From assembly GCA_012295275.1 (NCBI GenBank), contig CM022671.1, positions 9,052,001 through 9,116,000 of the forward strand: a DNA stretch of 64,000 nucleotides, read 5' to 3'. Numbering within the stretch: the stretch's first letter is position 1; the number at the start of each line of letters is the position of its first letter. This document shows, piece by piece, positions 25,601 through 37,505 of the stretch. The position numbers were made by a program, and so were the translations under genes. The notes beneath the pieces are model-generated. The model was not told where the DNA came from. It worked only from the letters and a program-made list of their open reading frames with translations, and ran no database searches. The stretch is from Chrysomallon squamiferum (Eukaryota; Animalia; Mollusca).

Positions 25601-28237
25601 CAAATGGGTCATTGCCAACCATTTGTCACTGCAAAGATGACAGTGAAGAAAAATGCAAATGTCAGCCGGCATACAAATCAATCCTACGCAGTTACAGCAG
25701 GACTTCTGTAAGCACATGTGACCAGTTTGGCACAGATAATGGAGCTGTGGTTAGAACTGCAGTTTTAGGTTTGTTTTGCAGTTTTTTACTTATATGAAAA
25801 CATAATCTAAATACATTTGTAAACATAATGTTAGTATAATTTACTGTATTATTAGCAAAGGTTGATATTACAGTTAACAGAAATGTCAACCTTTGCTATC
25901 AATAAAGTATGACATACAAAATAAGAAGCAAAACAAGGATTCATATAAGACTTAAATTTTTCTAGCATTTCCATTTTGAAGCTACATACATATACATTTT
26001 GAAATTTATCTGACAATGACAAATGTTAAGAATCTGAAAATCAGTTTTTTAATTTTAGCTGTCTAATACTAATACTAGTTTCATTCAGATGTATGATGTG
26101 TGAGTTCTTGCTCATTGAGGGTAATAGACAAATTGAAGATATACATCTAGTTTGTAACTGTATCTGTCTTGTGTCTACTCTGCCCAGGTGTTCCATTCTT
26201 CCACAATTTGCAGGAGGTTGTTGGCAATTCCTCCAGGATCTGTCTGGCAACTCACGCAGACTGCAGATGTCTAACCAGCTGTGTGATGGTCTCCACACTT
26301 GTAGCTCTTATGTTGCAAGTAAGCTTCTTTATAATGACCAAAATGACGTAAATAAATCTGTTAGGTAAGGTTTATGAGCAGACTGATTAACGAAACCCAG
26401 CATAAATCTTTGCTGATGTTGAGAGATATGTTCAACGTTTAGTTTAAGCCCAAGACTTGGAATTAACCCATGTTGGTGGATCTGTGACAGTTGCATTCAA
26501 GGTTTAGTTTAAGACCTTCTGGTTAGAAAGAAAGAAAGATATAGGTATCCTTAGTAGTTTTCAGGTATTGCCAATGAATGGTAACAGATGGTTGTTCTTC
26601 AGTAAAAATAATAACAGCTAAAACTGAAATAAGGTGAAGTGATATTAAACAAGTATTCATTCTACAGTTATTTATTGGTCCAAAAAGATGAACTTTAATT
26701 AAAAATATTAATTACAGATGTGTGTATGTATATATATATAGATATATATAAATAGATACACACACATACATTTAAAAACAAAATGAAATTCAATAATTCA
26801 GAAAATTATTTTTTCTTATGTGAAATGTAATATCTCTGTTTTATAGCAAATTTTTATTTGTTAATTAATTTTTAATTTTGTTTATTTTCACTGGTGTTTT
26901 TTGTTTTTTGTTTTTGTCTTCAGGGAAAATATTCATTGACAAACTCAGAATGTGTTCAGAAGATGATTGATGAAGCCTGTGAACTGAGCTTAAATCATTT
27001 ACAAAATAAAGAACAGAAAGAAGATTTCAAATCTCATGTTAATATGAATAATGTCAAAGAGTAAGTGACTACATGTAAATGTTAGTAAGCACTGGAGAGA
27101 AATATTTCTTTAGAAGTAAATATTAAGAAAAAGAATAAAATTAGTTTTGTCCTTTAATAACAATCCAAAGCTAATGCATCAAAGCAGAATCTAGAATTGT
27201 GATCTTTGAATTTCTTTAGATATCATTTAGTTTTTTAATTAACTTTTCTAATTCAAATGATCAGTCATTCATAAGCTTAATCCAGCGTTCAGGAGGGGAG
27301 TTTTTCATATTATTTATTTCTTTTTTCTTTCAGTAATGACAATTTTATTTTGTGCAATTATTTAAATTTGTTTTATCCATTATTATTTTATACATATATT
27401 TTTAATCTGTAAATACTGATTGTCGCAAATTTGTAATTAATGGTAAGTGGTCTTTGCAACAAATATTAAATATACTCAGTAATAAATTTACCATTATTTT
27501 CTGCACCACACCTTAAAATATGATGACTTAGAAACGATTAAATACAAGATCAGCATGTCTAATATTTGCTGTTTGATGTGTAATATGAATAAAACTATAA
27601 TTAGGTAAAGCATAAGAATTACATATGAAAAGAAATTAATAATATATATAAAATTTTATTCAGTTTAAAAGCAGATGGAAGCAGACAGAAAAGCTACACA
27701 CACAAACCAATGGCAGCTGGAGTTCTTGCCTTGAAGTCGGGTGAAGGTTTTAAGTAAGATTTACACATTAATATTCAAATTGTTTTAACTTTACATTCTT
27801 GTATATTTTACTATGTTCAGTGATCACATTATTGTTATTATAACCCTGACAGTAACAATTCTTTCCTCATATTAGCATTTTACATAATTCTTAACCCTTT
27901 CTTTAAGAAAAGCAACCTTTTTAAGACTGTTTTACCATTTGTTTTGGGAATAAAAATGAATGTAATGATCTATTTTTAAAAGTATATTGTTTACATTTTT
28001 CCATGTAAAAGGTATTAATATTGAACTTATTTTGCTTATTTCAGAAAATTCATTATGAAACTGGTGCACGAGGCAGGGGACAGCAACAGCAACGCTTGTG
28101 TTGCTGGAGCTCTGCTTGGGTGCAAAGTTGGTTACTCGCATCTTCCTTCCAGCTGGATTGAAAACTTACGCAAGAAACAAACAACTTGGCTAAACACAAA
28201 AATTAACTTTTTTCTTGATATGATGGGCATTCCTTAA
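22694..28237 (+). CDS. Leucine-rich repeat + ADP-ribosylglycohydrolase (ARH/DraG-like) fusion protein, 9 exons, 660 aa
   Basis: Exons 22694-22792, 23135-23888, 24148-24323, 25113-25256, 25510-25768, 26188-26318, 26924-27060, 27664-27753 and 28045-28237 give 1983 nt with all phases consistent. It has about six 23-aa LRRs followed by ARH motifs GMIYGAAIGDAIG, GDWT, GFPELGD, DNGAVVR, THAD and AGDSNSNACVAGALLG. Confidence 0.9.
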
Positions 28238-29939
28238 ATCTGTGTTATTCATTGTTATTTTATAACATAGTTGGAGGAGACAACCAATTAATATTTTATT
28301 TTGGTTATGAAAATTACTTTTTCAGCATTCCTGTGGTAAATATGCTGGTTGCTAATGCATACGCAAGGCACATTTGCATGTGGTATGATAAAAAAAAAAT
28401 TGATTTTAAGTAATAAAACACATTTAATATCAAATTATTTTTTATCAGAAATAGAAATTTGTGAAACTTTTAAGGATAGAATCATGCTGATTGTTTTAAA
28501 CTGTTTTTTGTTGAGCTTTAAAAAATAATAATTCTTAAACGACATATATACAAGCTATTAATACAAGGCAGCTACGGTGGCTTAATATATTTAGCCTTTT
28601 TTCTGCATTTTTTGGGGGGTGGTGCTGTTGGTTGGGGTATAGGTATGATTTTTATTTGTTTTTACAGATATAAGAATCATGAGAAAGAAATTTTAAACAT
28701 TTGTTAATCAATGTCCTCCAATAAGCCTGTGATGTTTTTAAGTTGTTTTTTTTAGTGAATTATGTGATAAAATATTTTGTTCATGATAAATTCTTAATAA
28801 TCAAAAATTTTATGCAAAATATTTATTTATTTATATAGTCAACAAAATTTTATCCTAAATCCTGAAGCATGAGTCCTAGAATTATACATAGATGTTTTAT
28901 TTTTATATCCTGTGATAGCAAGTTGTAGTGAACCAAGTACAAATGGACTTTGTAGATTGTTTACAGTTTGTCTCAGAGGATTTCAGATAAGTGATAACTG
29001 ACTGTATTGTTAATCTGTTCAATTGTTATTCTTTTTCACACATTGTGATTTAGAATTACCTAAGGCATGATGTATTAGATATTTTTAAACTGTCTCCACA
29101 TGTAATTGTTAAACAAATTTAAAAATAAATTTTTTTTTTTTTAATTAATATTTTTTTATGTGGGTATGAGCCAAAATTTCTGCTAAATAAGAAATATTGG
29201 TTCAGTATCACCATTTACTGATAAAGTAAAGCTTTATCAGACCAATGAAATATGTTGTTATTAAAAAATATTTAATTATTTGTTTTATCCTGTGTTTTGG
29301 TTCTTATTGTTTTAATATCTAACAGGTGAAGTTACAGAGGTGATCATTTTATTTACACAATTCATTTAACATAAAATATCTATACAATTACATAATGTTA
29401 CATATATTTATTATATGTCTGTTAATATTAACTGCTGACAAAAATATCAAATATAAAAGCAATGCCAAAACATTATGTTTGTATAAAATTGGAAGTTGGT
29501 TGTTTTCAAATATATTTTATATAGATACTTAATGTACAATTCTGATGATGTTGCAGTGAAGCAGAGGTCATTAAAAATGTTGTTTTCATATTATCTGTGA
29601 AGTTGTTTATTATTTTTTGTCCTTTTATATTTTGTATTTACATATACCAGTTATTATTATTTAATATTCAGCATTAACAATTAAGTATCTTCATGTTAGT
29701 GCTTTTGTTTATTTTATTTAAACAAGTGGGCAAATCATTTAGATTTCAAATTAATGGCTAATTTTGAATAGATTGGTTGATTGTTGTCTTTTTACATATA
29801 GATATATATATAAATATATATGTATACATTTTTATTTTTTATTTTTTTTATCTTGTTAACTAATAAAATGAAAAATATTTATTACATCAAGTTAAATTTT
29901 TTTTTTTTTTTTTTTACGTAGTTCATATGACCAAGTATG

Positions 29940-30827
29940 TCATTTCACTGAATGCCAGTTTGCAAGTGCATTTCGTATTGTTGTTTCACCAAGCTGTGGG
30001 AAGTATGTTAAGCAACACTTCAACAAATCTTCATCGTTTTCAAACGTTACACTGTCAAGTTCATGACTATCATTTTCAGTCTTCTTGCTATTGTTAACAA
30101 ACGCTATAGCATTTTTGTTGGGAAAGGCAATCACTCGTACACTGAGATGGAATGAAGAAACCTCTGGTAGTGTGTAGACATTCTCAAAAACTTCATCTAC
30201 TTCATGTATGTCAGAGAACAAATGCATGTCAAATGAATAAAATCGTCTAAATCCATCAATGTATAAATCAAAAGGAAGTGGCTTCTTAGGCTTCATGCCA
30301 CCTTTGCCATGCATGCGTAGAATCTTCCCATCATGCTTTATGAATTTATATTCCAGGAATGATTCATAGAACAATGGTGATTCTTTAGTAAAATCCATGG
30401 AAACAGCAGTGAATGTGGGATAGCCACAGGCTATGTCAGCCAGATAGAGATCACCATCAACAACAACATTTTTTACCAACACGATGATATGGTTGTCAGG
30501 ATATGTTACAGTGGATGTTACTGTAGCACATACGAAGTACACCTCATAACCAATGGCTTGCAGAAGGAAATAGAGAAACACGTTTTGTGTATAACAAAGA
30601 CCTGCACGTTTTGAAAACATATCATCTTTAATTTCTGCCACTGTGGGGCGATGTCGCTTCTCTGGGTGCAAGGCCATCAGGGTTACATTCTGAAAGGGAC
30701 AGGTCATCTGTAGTCCAAGAATTATGGAGTTAAGAAAAGGCAGACCTCGTTTGACAATATGTTCTTCAGCCCCACTGATGTTGAGATCTTTCAGAAACGA
30801 TGACGCTTCTTCTTTTGTTATGTTCAT
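29940..30827 (-). CDS. Arylamine N-acetyltransferase family protein, intronless CDS, 295 aa
   Basis: PFQN motif, RAGLC (catalytic Cys; RGGWC in canonical NATs), DNHII (His) and YLADIACG (Asp). The ATG follows an acceptor, so a 5'UTR exon lies upstream, candidate near 33690. Confidence 0.9.
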   Translation of the reverse strand: MNITKEEASSFLKDLNISGAEEHIVKRGLPFLNSIILGLQMTCPFQNVTLMALHPEKRHRPTVAEIKDDMFSKRAGLCYTQNVFLYFLLQAIGYEVYFVCATVTSTVTYPDNHIIVLVKNVVVDGDLYLADIACGYPTFTAVSMDFTKESPLFYESFLEYKFIKHDGKILRMHGKGGMKPKKPLPFDLYIDGFRRFYSFDMHLFSDIHEVDEVFENVYTLPEVSSFHLSVRVIAFPNKNAIAFVNNSKKTENDSHELDSVTFENDEDLLKCCLTYFPQLGETTIRNALANWHSVK

Positions 30828-31320
30828 CTGAAGTGAGCAATATGTACTTTCATTAATATTATTTTTTTTTTTAACAAGGTTAGGAAATAATGAAAAATAT
30901 AAATAATATTTGTTTAATGACCATATTCATGTTTACCATTAACTCTTATGAGTAAAAGAATATGTTAATGTGAGGAAGAAAGAATCAAGTTTTATTTTAT
31001 AATACTCTCTTTTTTAAGCCATTGGTGCCATGTGTGGTTAAGGATCATACAGGCAATGAGACAGGAAATGGACTGCAGCCAGACAATGGAAAGTATGTAT
31101 GATCTAATCATTTTGCAATAACTGATTAATGTATTAGACAACTGCCAGATGTTCATGATAAAACTTTATTATAAAGCACTTCACACTAATAATTAGAATT
31201 TTATTTAGAGCACATTCGAAACATATTTCTAGACAGCATATGACAAAAGCTCTCACTGCAATGCATTAATGAAAATAAAAGTTCAGTTCAGATCTGCTCT
31301 GTGGGTGTGTGTGTTAATGA

Positions 31321-32470
31321 TTGCAGGAAAAAAGTCACAGGAAAATATTACAGAAACAGTTTTTAATAGAAAATAAAGTCACAGGAAAATAAGTCACAAT
31401 TTGTTGTATATAGACATCATTATCTTTAGTTCAACAGTTAGGCAGCACAAACAGTTTTTTTTAATCTGTTCACTAATTCAGATGGGTTATTCCAACCAAA
31501 ACTGAAAGAACTCTGGTACAGTTTTAAGGCCACGCACACAGTATTTGTTTAAGTTGCATAGGCACTCCTGAAGCTGCACACCTGCCTTTTTAACTCTTTT
31601 CTCTGGCCAGGTGTCAACTGCATAATGTCTCAGAATGATGTTGACTGAATCTTATTCTATCTGGAACCACTCAATGATTCACCAGCTGGATGGATGATGA
31701 TGGCCAACAAGGTGGATTGTGTGAAGTGGTAGAAACAGCCATGCATATTCACTCCACAACCAGAAACAGTGACTACTGCATGGAGAACAGCTTCCTCAAC
31801 ATTGCAAACAACAGTCTGAGCAGTGATCTGCATGTTAAGGTCAGCACATGGTCTACCACAGCTAGTGACATGAATCTTGTTTGGCATTAGCATGCACCAC
31901 TGTCACAGAAAAGAAACTGCTCAGGATCAGGAACCACAGCTTGCAGGAATTGTTCTGCTAAGTCACCAAGGTCTTGAAGTGTTGGAGGAACTAGAGTAGT
32001 TGGCTGCCGGCTATGTAAGCTTCATTTACATGAGTTAGGAGTAGATATCAACACATGAACGTCATCATCACAATGGGCTAGGGCTTGATCTAGGATCTGC
32101 CCATGTTTGTCTCTGGTGTTGGCAGTCTGGGTTTTCATTGCATTTTGAACCTTAGTGAGCTGAACTTGCACTTCATCTGCAGCATGGTTGTGAGGCTGAA
32201 CAGTATTTGGACTTGCTAATTGTAAATCAGTTATCATGACACTGACCACTGGACCTTTTAACAAACTTCCACACTTAATTTCACACCTCTGACTCTTATC
32301 ATGTGTGGCAGTTATAATAGAGATCACCAAAAAATTTAAATATTATTTTCAAAATAAATGAACAAACAAATAAAAATATAAAAATATTTTGTGATTCTTT
32401 TTCTGTAACATTTTTTCCTGAGTTTTTTCTGCAACTTTTCCTGTGATTTATTTTCCTGTGATCATTTTCC
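31321..32470 (-). mobile_element. Decayed MULE/Mutator-type DNA transposon (FLYWCH-MULE-like) with subrepeat-containing inverted termini
   Basis: Broken minus-strand frames carry HNH...KVQNAMK and GCFYHFTQS (MULE GCxFH motif). The left end ttgcaggaaaaaagtcacaggaaaatattacagaa is the inverse of the right end ttctgtaacattttttcctgagttttttctgcaa, and TCACAGGAAAA units occur at both ends in opposite orientation. Confidence 0.75.
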
Positions 32471-33684
32471 ATTCAGTTTTAATTATTACTGTTTATACAT
32501 ATAGATATATATATATAATTTATTATTATTGTTATTAATTTTTTAGTTATATGTATTTTATTATATATATTTTTTTGTTGTTATTCTGTATTGTTATAGG
32601 GCTTGTACAAATTGCAGCCTGCATCTTTTTTTTAGTTGGTACTGTAATCAATAGCTTTGCCCACATGCCTGAGGCTACAGAATTCAGACAAACCCAGTGC
32701 CTATGTATCATAGAATAACTTGAATTTTTAGACACTCCAAGTCATAGAATTTTGAGAAAAAAGTTAACATAGTTTCAGCAATAACGAATTAGCAGTTTTC
32801 CACATTTGTTAGTTTTTCAGTTTAAAGAGTGGCAAATATTCCATTTTTGCCCTCACTGAATTAAATTTTAATTTGTTATTATTAATATTTGTCACTGGTT
32901 TTTTTTATTTTTTTATATTTTTTAAATATAAATTATATTTTAATTTCAGGTAAGTTACATTTGAACTTTAGATACATTTTTAAAGTATTTAGAGTCACAT
33001 TATTGCATTTTGAGGTGACTAAAGCATCATAGGGTGCCATTTTAAAAAAGATGTGATGTGTAACAATTACTGATGTACCTTGATTTTTCAGTCTTAAGAA
33101 TTTTAAACATTTAGTGGTAAAAAGTTAAAATGACTGTGTGTGTGTGGGGGGGGGTCTGCTGGTTAAAAGGATTACAACTGTACAAGCATTTGATCTTTAA
33201 CCATAATCTTCTGCAATATACAATCTCGGCTAAAGGTTTAAAGGTGTTGCAGTTACTAATTAGGAGCAATAAAATGTATTCATGAGACAAAAGTCAAGTT
33301 AAGGCACAGGTGTGGTAAGTTGGATATTTTATAAAGAAACATAAAAGAGTTTTCTTAGCTTTATTCATAATGTTATTTGATGCAAACAAAAGTTGCGTAT
33401 CATCTGACCATTGTTGGTATTTTCACTAACGGTGCTAATGAAGCAAAAATAAAGCAAGTTCCAAAAAAATGTTACTGATATTAAAAAAAAAAAGTGATTA
33501 ATTTATTTTTAATTCGTACAAGCCCATTGAACTTGTTTTCTGCGTACTATACATTTAAAAATAATAATAAATAACAGCTTTCACAGAACTTTTTTTCTCT
33601 CTCTTTCTCATTAATTTCTTATTATATTTATTCGTAAATAATTTTGTAACTTCTAATTTATTTGACAAGTTGCTGTTTGTAATT

Positions 33685-33980
33685 ATTTGCTTACTTCCGG
33701 TTTACGAACAATTTCGTCACATGGTTGTCACATGTACAAAGCTGCACACAAATTGTTTTGGAAGTGAGCAAATAAGAAGACGTATCTGCCACTGAAAATC
33801 ATAACTGCATATATGATCTGAAAAGCCTCTTGAAAAACTACTGACCTAACAAAATGAAACAATGATCTTATCACTCTACTGCTTCCACAAAACAGTGACA
33901 GATAAAATGAAAAGCGAAACTAACGTGATCACAAGTGACCACACGCGTGACGAGGGACTCATTGCTTACGCCCAGTCGTA
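33685..33980 (-). promoter_or_regulatory. Putative promoter / first non-coding exon of the NAT gene
   Basis: Minus-strand donor (cttac at ~33690) overlaps ETS ACTTCCGG. GTCACATG occurs twice and CpG is locally enriched. Confidence 0.35.
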
Positions 33981-34221
33981 ACTATTAACTAGAGACAAAA
34001 ACTACGTGATTACAGTTCTTTCTAGAATCACCTTTATCATAACAGAAAAAACTAGTTTTGAAGTATTTGCCAAATAATGAAGAAATAAAAGTTTTGAAGT
34101 ACCGTGTTAATTTCAGGTTCTCTATATAGGTTGTTGATAGTATTCTCTTAACCGATACTTTCGTAACTAGTTACAAAGATCGAATTCGAACGAATGAATT
34201 CAGTGAATGATGTAATAGAAA

Positions 34222-34223
<2 letters not shown>

Positions 34224-34270
<47 letters not shown>

Positions 34271-34303
34271 ACTCTCTGAAGATGAAAACTTTATTTAAAA
34301 AGG

Positions 34304-34338
<35 letters not shown>

Positions 34339-34350
34339 ACAAAAAAAAAC
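34224..34350. repeat. (TA)n microsatellite and poly(A) tract
   Basis: TA run at 34224-34267 and A run at ~34307-34335. Confidence 0.9.
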
Positions 34351-35066
34351 AACAGGATACAATTTATTTATGAAAAGAAAATTATTTTTATGTATATGAA
34401 TTTATCTAGGAAATTGGGTTAGGTTACAGATAAGTCAATAACTTTTCTTTTATATGCCCACAAAACAAACTGCTGTTTCAAATTACAAAACATTTCTCTC
34501 AAAGCATCTATCCAAGGATCTAACTTTCCAAGGATTTAGCATACCTCAAATTCTTAAAACGCATTTCCATCTGATAACAGTCTAGCGATTTAACAGTAAC
34601 AACAACTTCAAAAAGGGAAAGTTACAGCGGCATTTACCATGACTATTATTATTATTATTCAAACTGATATTACAGGATATAACTATTTACAAAACTAGCG
34701 ATAAAATAATAATATAAAATAATCACACATAATTATGTGATTGTCATCAAAATAAAATAAAGAATAATAATATATATATATGACTATAATTTTATGTACG
34801 TCTGTGTCGATGCATATAAGTGTGTATATCGTCGTATGTATTTTGTACATCATTAAACATACAGAACAAATACATTATACCAGTACCGCTGATTCATTCC
34901 ACGTATGTCTAACATTACCAATGGCATTATTAATGTTGTTTTCAGAGTTGTTCGTGTATTTTGTGTCAGTGTTTGTGTGTGTATGTATCTGCAAAATCCA
35001 AAGTATTTTGAAAATAAAATAATTATTATGGTAATATTCATGTTTTTACACTAGTATTTTAATTAA

Positions 35067-36971
35067 TTATTCCACCCTTGGTAAAGAAGGTTTATTTCTG
35101 ATCGATGATCTAGTCAAACTTTTCTTCTTTAATTTCTTTTCTGGAGGGTTATCGCGATTGTTGTTGTCCTTGTCTTTACTACCAATAGGGCATGTTTCTT
35201 CTGCGATGCCAATGACTTTGATTCTTGCACTCGTGAGGCTGCCTTCTTTAGCATTTATCTTTTGACAAAAATTGTTTGGTGTGGATGTAGATGAAACTTT
35301 ACTTGGTGAAATATGATTGGGAAAATGTTTCGTCGGACACAGCTTGGATCGCAGGTTGAATTTGCGAATTATAAGTATCATTCCAGTGAATACAAAGAGA
35401 AAAGACCCAAATACAGCGCCGAGAATAATGTTTGTTTTGTCGGTAGTAGCTGGTACTCGTTCTGTTGTCTTCAACAGTGTTTGGCTTGTTGTTAGCGGTA
35501 TCTGTATTGTTGTAGATATTATTTCAGTAGTCTGGTCCGTTCTTTCAATGTCTGACGTAGTTTGTAAAGTACCTAAAGACACCGCTGTTGTCGATGTTCT
35601 TTCTTTAATAGTCTCAGTAAACGTTTCTGTATTAGTTGTTACTTCACTGGCTAATCCTTCTTCGGTTCTTGCTTTGACTGTTGTGTTCGCTGTTCCTGTT
35701 GTTGATGTGATCATAGTTGTAGTAGTCAGGCACTTTTCTTCTAAAACTGGTGACGCGTTGTAAAATGTTACATTTACAACCGAAGCCGGTTCGACACAGA
35801 GCAGGTCTGGTGACAAGTTGGTTTCTTTATATTTTAAATAATTTTCCATTTCATCCTGTTCGCGAATAAACTGTATTAGCCACAGCGTATCGCAGTCACA
35901 CAACCAAGGATTGTTATTTAGAAACACACTGATTATTTCTCTGTCAAAGAAAGAAAGAAATTCAACAGGTAATGTTTTAAGTTTGTTGTTTCTAAGATCA
36001 GTGATTATGGCTGTACAGTTACTGAAAGCTTCTGCATCAATTAATGAAATTCCGTTGTCATTCAGTTTCAGCGAATTTAGGTTCAGTCCTGAAAATACGT
36101 TGGCCTCTATTGTTGATATCTGATTGCCTCCCAAGTTGAGATCCTGAAGCGACTTAACGACATATTTTAAACATTTGACAGGAACGGTCCTTAACTGATT
36201 TGATGTCGCATCTAAAAGTTCAAGAGCAGTTCCAGAAAAAGCAGTTTCAGGAATATAAGTTAATTTATTGCTGGAGACATCAACCATTCGTAAATTAGTT
36301 AAATCTGAAAAGGTGTTTGCTTCAAAGGAATTTAACTGATTTGAACTGATAAAAATTCCTTGAATATTTCTCATGAACCTGAACGAATCGGCTGATAATG
36401 TTTTTATTTTGTTTTCCGACAGAAGAAGAAACATAAGATTGGATAAACCAGAAAAGGTATCGTTACTGATTGCAGTCAATGAATTGTTTGCTAAATTAAG
36501 TTCCATCAGGCCTGTAAGATTCTGAAAGGATCCAGCATGGATAGTAGATATGTTGTTACTTGGGAGGTAAAGCCATTTTAATGAAGGCACATTTTCAAAT
36601 GCATCCTGAGCAATAGTATTAATTCCGAAATCTTCAAGATTTATATACTGAAGATTTGACTTGTTTGCTAAAAGCATTCCATCCAGAACCCCATTTGGAA
36701 CGGAAAAATTATTTAGTTCCATTTCTATCACCGTGTTAGGTATGTACTTAGGATGTATTCCTACACATTTGACTTTAATAACATCGCCAGAGCTAGGATC
36801 ACGTTCACAAAGGGAACACTGTGAAGGGCAAGCATTAGATGCTGATGGTTTTGGTGTCGTAGACACTGATGGCAGAGTCGTAGATAGGGATGACACTGTC
36901 GTAGAAGTTAACGAATGTATCGAACAGCAGCTCAGAATAAGATTAATAATAAACATTAGTAATAGTTCCAT
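35067..36971 (-). CDS. Intronless LRR type-I transmembrane protein, 634 aa
   Basis: Signal peptide, LRRNT (CPSQCSLC...C), about eleven to twelve 24-aa extracellular LRRs, LRRCT (NNNPWLCDC...C...C), Thr-rich mucin-like stalk, TM segment IILGAVFGSFLFVFTGMILII and a ~100-aa basic tail with no TIR domain. Confidence 0.92.
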   Translation of the reverse strand: MELLLMFIINLILSCCSIHSLTSTTVSSLSTTLPSVSTTPKPSASNACPSQCSLCERDPSSGDVIKVKCVGIHPKYIPNTVIEMELNNFSVPNGVLDGMLLANKSNLQYINLEDFGINTIAQDAFENVPSLKWLYLPSNNISTIHAGSFQNLTGLMELNLANNSLTAISNDTFSGLSNLMFLLLSENKIKTLSADSFRFMRNIQGIFISSNQLNSFEANTFSDLTNLRMVDVSSNKLTYIPETAFSGTALELLDATSNQLRTVPVKCLKYVVKSLQDLNLGGNQISTIEANVFSGLNLNSLKLNDNGISLIDAEAFSNCTAIITDLRNNKLKTLPVEFLSFFDREIISVFLNNNPWLCDCDTLWLIQFIREQDEMENYLKYKETNLSPDLLCVEPASVVNVTFYNASPVLEEKCLTTTTMITSTTGTANTTVKARTEEGLASEVTTNTETFTETIKERTSTTAVSLGTLQTTSDIERTDQTTEIISTTIQIPLTTSQTLLKTTERVPATTDKTNIILGAVFGSFLFVFTGMILIIRKFNLRSKLCPTKHFPNHISPSKVSSTSTPNNFCQKINAKEGSLTSARIKVIGIAEETCPIGSKDKDNNNRDNPPEKKLKKKSLTRSSIRNKPSLPRVE

Positions 36972-37404
36972 TTCGCAGTTTCTCTGTGAGAAAATGTCTT
37001 CTCAAACCAACTTTCAAACTTTATGCCACGTTTTGCATTCCGTTACTAATGGTTCAAGTTTAATGCATTTTTTTATTACAGGACGGTTTTTATCATTCTG
37101 TTCTTAAATACTAAGCAATTCCCCTATCAATTCTAGAATTTAATTAAATGTGTTCTTATGTGAATACAAAATCTGATCTTTTAAATCCTCTTATTTGAAT
37201 CATATGACTTCTTTCTACATCTATTAAATAAATATGTCACGGGTGTACACAGGGGGTATATTCAACACCCACCATTACAGCTATTTGAGACCGAACATAA
37301 TTTCTTCTTGCAGTTTTACATAAAATGTACTAACTTTTAAGTACCGCAAGAAGGTGACTAAATGTTGCTTTTAGTTTATGTCGATTATGATATTATGAAG
37401 ATGA

Positions 37405-37435
37405 TGATTATTATTGTTATTGTTGTTATTGTTGC

Positions 37436-37505
<70 letters not shown>
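37405..37505. repeat. (TTA)n microsatellite
   Basis: TTA/TTG triplet run. Confidence 0.95.

Noticed and set aside
22694-29900. Selenoprotein J-like identity for the ARH gene
   Set aside because: No in-frame TGA in the assembled CDS and no convincing SECIS seen.
35313-37107. Plus-strand ORFs up to 148 aa
   Set aside because: Antisense shadows of the LRR receptor CDS with no independent motifs.
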